DNA from: Patescibacteria group bacterium
Lineage (GTDB): Bacteria > Patescibacteriota > JACPGU01
NCBI GenBank assembly: GCA_022703645.1
Contig: JAKLDG010000001.1
Location: 274,814-338,813 of the forward strand
Reading direction: 5' to 3'
Length of the DNA: 64,000 bases
The translations under genes and the position numbers were made by a program. Numbering within the stretch: position 1 is the first letter of the stretch; every line of letters starts with the position of its first letter. The notes beneath the pieces are model-generated. The model did not search any database. It saw nothing but the letters and a program-made list of their open reading frames with translations, and was not told the origin of the DNA. Below, piece by piece: positions 1 through 7,753 of the stretch.

Positions 1-1033
1 TGTCCAGTTTATTCATAAATCCAAGTGAATGTGACGAGAATATTAATTGAGCCTTTTTATTTTTATCTTCATCAATAAAATAACCAATAAGTTTATTTAA
101 AGCTTCCGGATGAAAACCAGTTTCAAGCTCGTCAATAATAACAACATTATTATTTTTCAATGCACTTAGGATATTTGCCATTACAAAGAATAATGATTTA
201 GTGCCTCTCGATTCATATCCAAAATCCAGTTTGTTATTTTCTGTTTTAGTAGAGTGAACGCCTTGTACGGTTATAGAGAATCCCTTTTCTCTGACATCTT
301 CTTTGATTTCAAAACTATTTAACCCAATATCAAAATGGCGAATAAAATTTTCTACTTCTTTTTTTAGTTCAGAATCACTTAAATAAACCTTAAGTGCATC
401 AATTTGATGCATAACATGATTTATTTCGCCTCTTTCATTAATGTTGGTTTTAAATCCTAAGAAATAATCATAAACACTGTTTATGATATCAACGCTATAA
501 GTAGATTTCTTTATAAAGGCTATAAAAGAAACATCCTCTCTTATTTTTGGAAGAGCACTTATAGAAATATTCTTAAAATAATTTTCATTTAACGAATCTA
601 TAGTGCTTAATTGGCGCGAGAATATTTTTATTTTTTTTGAACCCGCTTGGATTGCTTTTATGTATAGGGATTCTTTTGTGATAATGTCTTTTTTTATTGA
701 GAAGTCATAAAAAAACACATTATTATTATGCTCGAATTCAACATAAAAATTTGATAACTTATCATTACCAAAAAAGGTTTTGAAGGCAATGCCTGGCATA
801 AGAGGGAATTCATCATTTATATTTCTGCATACAAAAAACTTTAGAAAACTAAAGAATCTCATGACATTTGTTTTACCCGATGCATTGCCACCAATAAAAC
901 CAGCAATCTTTGTTATTTGGTCGTCAGTCTTCGACTGATAATAGTCGTAAGTTTTTTTCTTTTTCGCTAGAAAACTAATTTCTTGCTCCTTGTTGAAGGA
1001 ATAAAAATTACTAAACTTTACCTTTCTTATCAT
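1..1033 (-). CDS. AAA-family ATPase (AAA_15/AAA_21-like), 3' end beyond window
   Basis: Minus-strand translation from ATG at 1031-1033 gives MIRKVKFSNFYSF...IGGNASGKTN (Walker A GxNxSGKT), later ...VIIDELETGFHPEA (Walker B-like DE plus HP). The reading frame stays open to the window edge. Confidence 0.5.
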   Translation of the reverse strand, partial: MIRKVKFSNFYSFNKEQEISFLAKKKKTYDYYQSKTDDQITKIAGFIGGNASGKTNVMRFFSFLKFFVCRNINDEFPLMPGIAFKTFFGNDKLSNFYVEFEHNNNVFFYDFSIKKDIITKESLYIKAIQAGSKKIKIFSRQLSTIDSLNENYFKNISISALPKIREDVSFIAFIKKSTYSVDIINSVYDYFLGFKTNINERGEINHVMHQIDALKVYLSDSELKKEVENFIRHFDIGLNSFEIKEDVREKGFSITVQGVHSTKTENNKLDFGYESRGTKSLFFVMANILSALKNNNVVIIDELETGFHPEALNKLIGYFIDEDKNKKAQLIFSSHSLGFMNKLD

Positions 1034-1119
1034 ATTTTTTGAGTTATTATTATTTCTCTAGCTAAGTATATCAGTGATTAAATAATAAGTCAAGTTAATA
1101 CAAAATATTGTATTAAGTC

Positions 1120-1480
1120 CTTAGATAGTCATTCATCTCACGGCTTTGCCGTGCCCCCTCTATAATATAAAAAATCAAATTCGTTTTCCCCTATATAAAA
1201 AAGCCTATCAATATTCCTTATTATAAGAAAAATATTTATTGAATTGCGTATAATGTCTCAGTATATCTGATGTTTCGCTCGATACCAAATTAGTTGAAAA
1301 TAGAAGAGCAGAAATATGGACGAACCCCGAGCCGAGGGGTGAGTCAGATATACTGTGTTAGGCGAGGGATTGATTTACTTACATTATTGAATATATATAA
1401 AAAGTAATCAAGAGCGCAGCGCCCCCTTGAGTTTCAAAAAACAAACTTCTCCTTTATTTAAGAGCTCTTTTGGGATTTTT
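1120..1480 (+). repeat. Modular island repeat, copy A (h1 hairpin 1126-1165; three-way-junction core 1250-1362; reversed AAGAGCTCTT module 1414-1480)
   Basis: Core has stem cagtatatctg/cagatatactg, CTGATGT junction, variable hairpin, AATATGG, a GAGCGA-like box and a GTGTTA tail. It is one of 10 copies. Confidence 0.85.
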
Positions 1481-1572
1481 ATTTTAATTGTTAAACAAGG
1501 ATTAATTTTACAGTTAATGTCAAATATGATAAAATGTGGAAAGAAAAAAAGAAAGGAGCGTGACCTTAACAA

Positions 1573-1958
1573 TGGATAATATGACAGCAGTTGTCTGGGC
1601 AAACAGAACGGAGAGAAGAATCTCCCAAAAAGACCTTCAGAAGATAATAAAGGATCATCTTCGCGAACTTGCGGATATGTATAACAAGTTCACGGACGCC
1701 AGTGATTTCACAAATAATGGCATGGATGTTATAGCCAAAGAAATCAGCGAACGCTTAAAAACCCTCATCGTAACAGGTGGCAACCAGATGGTGTCGGTTT
1801 CGGCGAGCGAAGATGATGTTTCAATAGCGCTCATAGAAATGAGCAAAGAAGGATTCTTCGAGGGCGGGCCGACCGGGTTTTTGGTGGTTGATGTGAAGGG
1901 AAGCCTTACGGAGTTCAAGCTGAAGACGGGAGTCAGAACGAAAACTCGATACGAATAA
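1573..1958 (+). CDS. Hypothetical protein (cassette 1; ~50% GC)
   Basis: ORF 1536..1958. An ATG at 1573 follows the RBS-like gaaaggagcg. GC is clearly higher than the flanks. It is followed by a terminator hairpin and T-run at about 1995-2025. Confidence 0.5.
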
Positions 1959-2017
1959 GTTTTCACACGCAATTCATTACACACAATGTCGAAGCTGGCC
2001 GCTGAGGTCGGCTTTTT

Positions 2018-2215
2018 TTCTTTCCCAAAAATCCCAAAAGAGCTCTAATTAAAATATAAAAAAGTTTGTTTTTGAAATTTCGCCTAATGTTTCGGTATAT
2101 CTGATGTCTAGGCTCGCTACCCAATTAAGTTGATGTAGGAAGAGCATAGATATGGGCGCAGGTTTGCGACTTAGCGAACCGTAGCCAGATATACCGTGTT
2201 ATGTGACGTCATGAA
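2018..2215 (+). repeat. Modular island repeat, copy B (forward AAGAGCTCT module 2018-2085; core 2085-2205)
   Basis: Core stem cggtatatctg/cagatataccg, CTGATGT, hairpin, GATATGG, GTGTTA. Confidence 0.85.
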
Positions 2216-2246
2216 AAATTCTTAATTCGACGATTTTAGTCGAATT

Positions 2247-2273
2247 TTAATCAGGGCAGATTTATTTTTTTAT
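2247..2273. repeat. Left 27-bp terminal inverted repeat flanking the cassette-2 methyltransferase gene
   Basis: ttaatcagggcagatttatttttttat is the exact reverse complement of 3058-3084. Confidence 0.9.
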
Positions 2274-3034
2274 TTCTTGGTTATTATGATTAAGTCGTCC
2301 TTAAAATCTAAGTAATTATTCCTTTGATGTTTTATGATGTTGGCTAAAAACTTCTTTACTTCTGTTGCAGTTGGGAGGGTGTTAGTGTTATGTATAAACC
2401 TATAGTAGTTCTTCAAATCAAAGTTTATTTTCCCGCTCAATATATCGCCCACATACATTCGCATTTTGTAGCGCTTTGTTTTTACAGAAAAGCCCTGTTT
2501 TTTATAAAAATCCGAAATATATTCCGAATAATTAAACTTTGGATACACTTGTTTTATAGCAATGTTATAGTGGTCACTTTCTTCAGGTAAGGTTAATATC
2601 AAAAGCTTACCTTTTTTCTTCAACAAGTCAGTCAGTTTTAACAACTGCTCTTGATAACTCTTTTCATCGGATGCCCAGTAATAATTCGTGTGAGAGGTAA
2701 AAATATAATCATATTTTTCATCGGTTTTTAGTTTGGATAGGGGTGCAGTGAATAGCTTTCCTATATTATTCTCGGGCGATAAAAATGTTTTCGCGTACGA
2801 CAGAGCTTTTTTGTTCGGTTCCAATAGATCGCATGAATAATCATACTCCAATCTGTCTAATATCTGTTTTGTAGTATGACCTTCGCCACATCCAATATCT
2901 AAAATCTTTCCACCTTTTATCTCTTTAACTATACCAAATACAATACCGAACCAGTCTTCGGTTAAGGCTCTGATATATATATTCTCATATACTTCTGCGA
3001 ATTGTTTTTCTCCCCAAAAATCCCATTTTGTCAT
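2270..3034 (-). CDS. Class I SAM-dependent methyltransferase (cassette 2)
   Basis: 254 aa with motif I ILDIGCGEGHTT. It is bounded by perfect 27-bp inverted repeats. Confidence 0.65.
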   Translation of the reverse strand: MTKWDFWGEKQFAEVYENIYIRALTEDWFGIVFGIVKEIKGGKILDIGCGEGHTTKQILDRLEYDYSCDLLEPNKKALSYAKTFLSPENNIGKLFTAPLSKLKTDEKYDYIFTSHTNYYWASDEKSYQEQLLKLTDLLKKKGKLLILTLPEESDHYNIAIKQVYPKFNYSEYISDFYKKQGFSVKTKRYKMRMYVGDILSGKINFDLKNYYRFIHNTNTLPTATEVKKFLANIIKHQRNNYLDFKDDLIIITKK

Positions 3035-3057
3035 AAATATATGTATTTTATTATATC

Positions 3058-3084
3058 ATAAAAAAATAAATCTGCCCTGATTAA
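3058..3084. repeat. Right 27-bp terminal inverted repeat (partner of 2247-2273)
   Basis: ataaaaaaataaatctgccctgattaa. Confidence 0.9.
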
Positions 3085-3109
3085 TTTTGCGTGAGCTACG
3101 CAAAAAAGA

Positions 3110-3441
3110 ATTTTTTATTATGTCACATAATGTCTCCGAGTATCTGATGTCTTTGATTTCCTTCAATATTACATTAAATATAAAAGGAAAGCAAAGATAT
3201 GGGTTGAGCGACGGCAGGAGCGAACCAGATACTCGGTGTTGGGCGACCCGAACGAGCTATTCACTTTATTAAATGTAAAAAGCGAGTGAGAGTGCAACGC
3301 GGTGCAAACGTCCATTTTCTTTTTCCTTTATTTATTGCTGGCTGTAACCACTCATAGTATTAGTAATTATAAGAAAATTTTGCTTCTCCATTTTTGGGCG
3401 AGGTCAGAGGGGATTCAGGGGTGAATGACCGAAGCCCAAAA
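3110..3441 (+). repeat. Modular island repeat, copy C (core 3125-3245; tail module; GGGG-loop hairpin 3392-3441)
   Basis: Core stem ccgagtatctg/cagatactcgg, a compensatory variant of copy A. The 3' module is ttttgggcgaggtcagaggggattcaggggtgaatgaccgaagcccaaaa. Confidence 0.85.
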
Positions 3442-3533
3442 TCATAAATGTTTTCAAAAAAATGTTATTTAAGGTATAATATTTGTTGAACAATAAGTTG
3501 TACCCTAAAAAACGAAAAAAGGAGGTGGTGGTT

Positions 3534-4403
3534 GTGATAAAGTTTTCCAATGGTCATGCCTTTGAATACATGACAGCAAGTGGTGCGTTGGGTTTCGACG
3601 GAAAAGGTTGGCCATGGGAAAAACCGTGGCACTGGCTCGGACTTTTTGACCCGACACTCTTTACTTCGGTAACCAAAACATTGACGCTTCAACCAAGGGA
3701 AGGAAATCTGCGGTGGTATAATCCGCTCCGATGTTTGCGGTTCGTCAGCGGTGGGGTCGTCAATGCAGTTGGTTTGTCAAATCATGGCGTTGATTGGTGG
3801 TGCAATAAGATTGGTCCATCAGTCACTTCCAAAAAAATTCCTTTGGTCGCTTCAATTTTTGGGGAACCAGAGGAATTAGTAGAAATGGCAAGAATGCTGG
3901 ACGGTTTTGACTTGGTCGGACTGGAAATCAATGCATCATGTCCGAACACTGAAACTTGCATTCTGCAAGATACTACGAGAGTAATTGCAAGTTGCGAAGC
4001 GGTCAAAACCAATTCACGCCTACCACTGATTCTGAAAGTATCAGTTACTCACGATGTTCCACGAATCACGAAAGAGGTCGAGGGTCTCATTGACGCAATT
4101 TCGATCAATAGCGTTCCTTGGTCAATGGCTTTTCCAAATCGCAGAAGCCCTCTCGAAAATCTCGGAAACGGTGGCGTATCAGGTAAAGTTGCCCAACCGT
4201 TCACGTGGGGCTTGGTCAAAAAAATTACCGAATTAACAAGTATTCCGGTAATCGGACCGAGCGTTTGGGACTTCGACGACCTCGAAAAAGTCAGAAATTT
4301 TGGTGCGAAGGCCGTCAGTTTTGGTTCTGTCTTTCTGTATCGTCCGTGGAGTCCGACGCTGTATGTTCGGAAAGAACAAAAATTCAAACGATTAAGGGTA
4401 TAG
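3534..4403 (+). CDS. Dihydroorotate dehydrogenase-family TIM-barrel flavoprotein (PyrD-like; cassette 3)
   Basis: NAVGLSNHGVDWW and LEINASCPN, the class-1 DHOD active-site Cys motif. The likely start is GTG at 3534 after GGAGGTG; the ORF track began at an upstream TTG. GC is about 47%. A terminator sits at 4404-4440. Confidence 0.55.
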   Translation: MIKFSNGHAFEYMTASGALGFDGKGWPWEKPWHWLGLFDPTLFTSVTKTLTLQPREGNLRWYNPLRCLRFVSGGVVNAVGLSNHGVDWWCNKIGPSVTSKKIPLVASIFGEPEELVEMARMLDGFDLVGLEINASCPNTETCILQDTTRVIASCEAVKTNSRLPLILKVSVTHDVPRITKEVEGLIDAISINSVPWSMAFPNRRSPLENLGNGGVSGKVAQPFTWGLVKKITELTSIPVIGPSVWDFDDLEKVRNFGAKAVSFGSVFLYRPWSPTLYVRKEQKFKRLRV

Positions 4404-4446
4404 TGGCACCCTGTCATAAATGACGAAGCCACTTTTTATTTTCCCC

Positions 4447-4834
4447 TTAAATAGTCCTTCATCTCACAGCTTTGCTGTGCCCCCTATAAATAAAATAAAA
4501 AAGCAAAATTTTCCCTTTGTTAGAAGAAAATAAATATTCAGTCATCACAAACCTTGCCAGCAAAATATAAGAAAAGAAAATGTATGTCGCCCAATGTTTC
4601 CGAGTATCTGATGTTGCTGATTATTTCTACCTTTATTTTATTATATAAAAGAAAAATCAGCAATATGGGTTGAGGGGCGAGCCGAGCCCCGAACCAGATA
4701 CTCGGTGTTAGGCGAGGGTTCATTTCCCCTTCATTATTAGATTAAATATAAAAGGGGGAATGAAAGCGCAGCGCCCCCTTGAGTTTCAAAAAACAAACGT
4801 CACCTCTATCTAAGAGCTCTTTTGGGATTTTTTG
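4447..4834 (+). repeat. Modular island repeat, copy D (h1 hairpin 4450-4493; core 4592-4712; reversed AAGAGCTCTT module 4766-4834)
   Basis: Core stem ccgagtatctg/cagatactcgg. Its internal hairpin is ttgctgattatttct...agaaaaatcagcaa. Confidence 0.85.
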
Positions 4835-4860
4835 GCTCTGGCGAATTGACCAAAAAAAGC

Positions 4861-4889
4861 TTGACAGAGCCACAAATATGTGATACAAT
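4861..4889 (+). promoter_or_regulatory. Sigma70-like promoter for cassette 4 (TTGACA-17-TACAAT)
   Basis: ttgacagagccacaaatatgtgatacaat lies upstream of an AAGGAGG RBS. Confidence 0.6.
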
Positions 4890-4939
4890 GATTATGTAAA
4901 AAATTTAATGCCCGAGTGGCATATAAGGAGGAAAGGACA

Positions 4940-5218
4940 TTGAAAACAAAGAAAGAGTTAATCGAAGAGAAAAGCGACGGTGTGTTCGGCGCTATGACAG
5001 GTCTGGTGCAGTTTGCTTCGCTGGTAAGTGATGAGGAATTCGCACTGCTGTGCGATAACATTCCCAGCGGCGAACATCTCTGGCTGGACTTCAAGAAGTA
5101 CCGCGACTCAAAGTTTGAAGGTTTCGGTATGTTGCACTATTTTCTTGGCAAGCTGGTAAAAGTCAAGCCAGAGATAGCCACGAAACTCGGGTTCGATCCC
5201 GAAACGGTTGCTCTTTAG
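4940..5218 (+). CDS. Hypothetical small protein (cassette 4; ~50% GC)
   Basis: ORF 4916..5218. TTG at 4940 is 7 nt after aaggaggaaagg. It is followed by a terminator. Confidence 0.4.
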   Translation: MKTKKELIEEKSDGVFGAMTGLVQFASLVSDEEFALLCDNIPSGEHLWLDFKKYRDSKFEGFGMLHYFLGKLVKVKPEIATKLGFDPETVAL

Positions 5219-5299
5219 TTCACACTGTACACGTCTGCGGTACAGCAATAAAACTCCGCGCTGAAATGTTCTTCGGAACAAATCGGCCACGGAGTTTTT

Positions 5300-5672
5300 T
5301 TCTTTCCCAAAAATCCCAAAAGAGCTCTAATTAAAATATAAAAAAGTTTGTTTTTTGAAATTTCGCCTAATGTTTCGGTATATCTGATGTTTCAGCTCGA
5401 TACCAAATTAGTTGATAAAAGAAGAGCAGAAATATGGACCGAGCGAGGGCACGAGCGAGTCAGATATACTGTGTTACCCGACCCGAGCATTTCTTTCATC
5501 TTTATTATATGTAAAAGAATGCGAGAGTGCAACGGGGCAAGCCCCCCCAAGGGCGCAGCGTGTATCTTTCGCTCATTGTTATTAGATTGAACACTTAAAA
5601 GAGATTCAAAACAGAATTATTCCATTTTTGGGCGAGGTCAGAGGGGCAGGGGTGAATGACCGAAGCCCAAAA
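5300..5672 (+). repeat. Modular island repeat, copy E (forward AAGAGCTCT module 5300-5368; core 5368-5478; tail; GGGG-loop hairpin 5626-5672)
   Basis: The most complete copy. The core is near-identical to copies G and H. Confidence 0.85.
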
Positions 5673-5685
5673 CCTTAAATGAATT

Positions 5686-6333
5686 TTATTTTTTCTGTCC
5701 GAAGTTAAGTTTGCGAATTACATTGAAATGCATACTTTCGTCAGGAACAATATAAACAAGACCATCGCATAAAAATTCTCCTGCGCTTGTTTTATCTTCC
5801 AATTCTTTCAATAAATCTGCGGTTTCTTCTTTCGAAATGAATTCTGCAATCGTCATGTGCGGGTTGAACGGAAATCTTCTTGGAACAGCTTCTGAAAATA
5901 ATGAAGCGCTTTCAATTTTTTCTCGTACTGCGTTTAGTTCGGTTTGATTTTCCAAAGGGAAAGCAACTCCTGGGTATGGTGGGTAATCCTTGGGTTTGCC
6001 ATAATTAATTTCGAAAGGTTTAATTTCAGAAGCAATGTTCTGCAATTCCTGCCAATCTTCTTCGGTTAATGGTTTGGGTACGGGCACCGAAATACTAATA
6101 TGTGTATCACAACTAGCCTGCGATTTAGGATCATACTTCGAGCGAAGGGAATTGACCAATGAAAGCACCGGTTCAGGCGGCATGATTAAAATGAGTCCAT
6201 AACGATATTCTTTTTCCCAATTTTCCCAATTATCAACATTTGAAACATATTCAGTAATCGGTTTATTTTTTTCAATTTGTTCATGCGCTGGGGTTGAATC
6301 GTTTTTATTCTCTGGCCAATTTTTTTCTGTCAT
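5686..6333 (-). CDS. 2H phosphoesterase (LigT/2',5'-RNA ligase-like; cassette 5)
   Basis: Two H-x-(T/S)-x motifs (CDTHISI and NPHMTI) about 80 aa apart. The N-terminus MTEKNWPE shares the MT..WP leader with cassettes 7 and 8. Confidence 0.55.
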   Translation of the reverse strand: MTEKNWPENKNDSTPAHEQIEKNKPITEYVSNVDNWENWEKEYRYGLILIMPPEPVLSLVNSLRSKYDPKSQASCDTHISISVPVPKPLTEEDWQELQNIASEIKPFEINYGKPKDYPPYPGVAFPLENQTELNAVREKIESASLFSEAVPRRFPFNPHMTIAEFISKEETADLLKELEDKTSAGEFLCDGLVYIVPDESMHFNVIRKLNFGQKK

Positions 6334-6344
6334 ATAATTATTTT

Positions 6345-6794
6345 TATTAATAAATAGTCCTTCAACTCGTAGCTTTGCTACGCCCCTCTTAAATATAAAA
6401 ATTCTGTTTTAATTTTGTTCAGGCTCAGCACAAACATTTAGAAACAAAAAAGAAAGATACATGTCTGGGTAATGTATGCGTATATCTGATGTTTTTGACT
6501 TGCTTCAATGTTAAATTAAATATAGAAAAAAGTCAAAAATATGGACGAGCGACAGCCGGAGCGAGTCAGATATACGCTGTTCTACGACCCGAAGCCCGAT
6601 ATTCAATATTTATTATATGTAAAATCGGGGTGAGAGTGCAACGCGGGCGTCAGCCGTACATTTTCTTTTTCATTATTATTTATTGCTGGCTGTAACCACT
6701 CAGAGTATTAGTTATTAAATGAAAATTTTGCTTCTCCATTTTTTGGGCGAAGGTCAGAGGGGAATTAAAGGGGTGAATGACCTGAGCCCAAAAT
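6345..6794 (+). repeat. Modular island repeat, copy F (h1 variant hairpin 6352-6388; core 6470-6585; tail; GGGG-loop hairpin 6741-6794)
   Basis: h1 is ctcgtagctttgctacg, a compensatory variant of cacggctttgccgtg. Core stem is gcgtatatctg/cagatatacgc. Confidence 0.85.
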
Positions 6795-6876
6795 CCCTTA
6801 ATGAATTTTGGACAAAAAAATATGCCCGGATTACCGCCGGGCGCGGGATCGTTTACAGAACGGAGAGCACAAGGTT

Positions 6877-7203
6877 TCATTTGTGCTCTTGATCAAAAAA
6901 ATCTTCGAAGTCTTTCAGGGTTTTGCGAAGCTTGGATTTTTTTGGTAAGGACTTTTTGCCGTGGGTTTCAATCTCGATTCTCACCGGAACTTCAAATCCT
7001 TTGGTTTTTTCCGTGAAAAACATCGTCCCACTTGTGCCGACAACATCAGCATCCACTTCTCTCAAGAAATCTCTGTTAAATAAAATGGGATGTCTTTTGC
7101 CTTTTGCATCTCCGAGAGAAACTCTGACACTGTGGGGGAGGACTTCGATAACAAGAAAGGGATATCCCTTTTGTTCTTCTGTGCTGAGGGCAGTTTTTTT
7201 CAT
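6877..7203 (-). CDS. Hypothetical protein, 108 aa (cassette 6)
   Basis: ORF only. I could not support a family assignment. Confidence 0.35.
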   Translation of the reverse strand: MKKTALSTEEQKGYPFLVIEVLPHSVRVSLGDAKGKRHPILFNRDFLREVDADVVGTSGTMFFTEKTKGFEVPVRIEIETHGKKSLPKKSKLRKTLKDFEDFFDQEHK

Positions 7204-7317
7204 AATTCAGATTCCTCGCTTCCTTTGGTTTTTTTGATATGTTAAGGTATTTCAATAATACCACAAATGTTTGGATTTGTCAATGGCTTTTTGGCACAAC
7301 AGAGCTAAAAAACCAAA

Positions 7318-7752
7318 TTAAATAGTCCTTCATCTCACGGCTTTGCCGTGCCCCCTCTATAATCAAATAAAAAAGCAAAATTTTCCCTTTGTTAGAAAAG
7401 AATAAATATTCAGTCATCACAAACCTTGCCAGCAAAATATAAGAAAAGAAAATGTATGTCGTAGAATGTCTCAGTATATCTGATGTTTCGCTCGATACCA
7501 AATTAGTTGATAAAAGAAGAGCAGAAATATGGACCGAGCGAGGGCACGAGCGAGTCAGATATACTGTGTTACCCGACCCGAGCATTTCTTTCATCTTTAT
7601 TATATGTAAAAGAATGCGAGAGTGCAACGGGGCGAAGCGTGTATCTTTCTGACTATTGATATTAGAATTAACACTTAAAAGAGAACAAAACAGAATTATT
7701 CCATTTTTGGGCGAGGTCAGAGGGGCAGGGGTGAATGACCGAAGCCCAAAAC
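7318..7752 (+). repeat. Modular island repeat, copy G (h1 hairpin 7322-7366; core 7465-7575; tail; GGGG-loop hairpin 7704-7752)
   Basis: The X-type upstream module is near-identical to 4447-4600. The core is near-identical to copy E. Confidence 0.85.
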
Positions 7753-7753
7753 C

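Noticed and set aside
1261-1345. A hammerhead ribozyme, suggested by CUGAUG next to helices.
   Set aside because: The conserved junction after the second helix is AUAUGG rather than GAAA. The CUG is paired in the closing stem. There is no stem III/cleavage-site arrangement consistent with any hammerhead permutation.
3483-3533. Upstream TTG/GTG starts proposed by the ORF track, for example 3483, 4916, 8635, 9964, 36236, 45112, 51484, 51910 and 55230.
   Set aside because: In each case an ATG (or a GTG after GGAGG) further downstream matches the conserved N-terminus of the protein family, or follows a proper RBS. Several of the upstream extensions run into repeat modules or the preceding gene.
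5348-5590. ORFs of 60-80 aa lying inside the repeat copies: 4538..4723, 5348..5590, 6489..6695, 7452..7652, 8844..9032, 9988..10200 and 1408..1602.
   Set aside because: They coincide exactly with copies of the structured repeat. Their frames are not preserved between copies, since indels shift them. A peptide such as DTKLVDKRRAEIWTERGHERVRYTV is conserved only where the DNA is near-identical. The conservation pattern is stem covariation, not codon-level, so I read them as non-coding.
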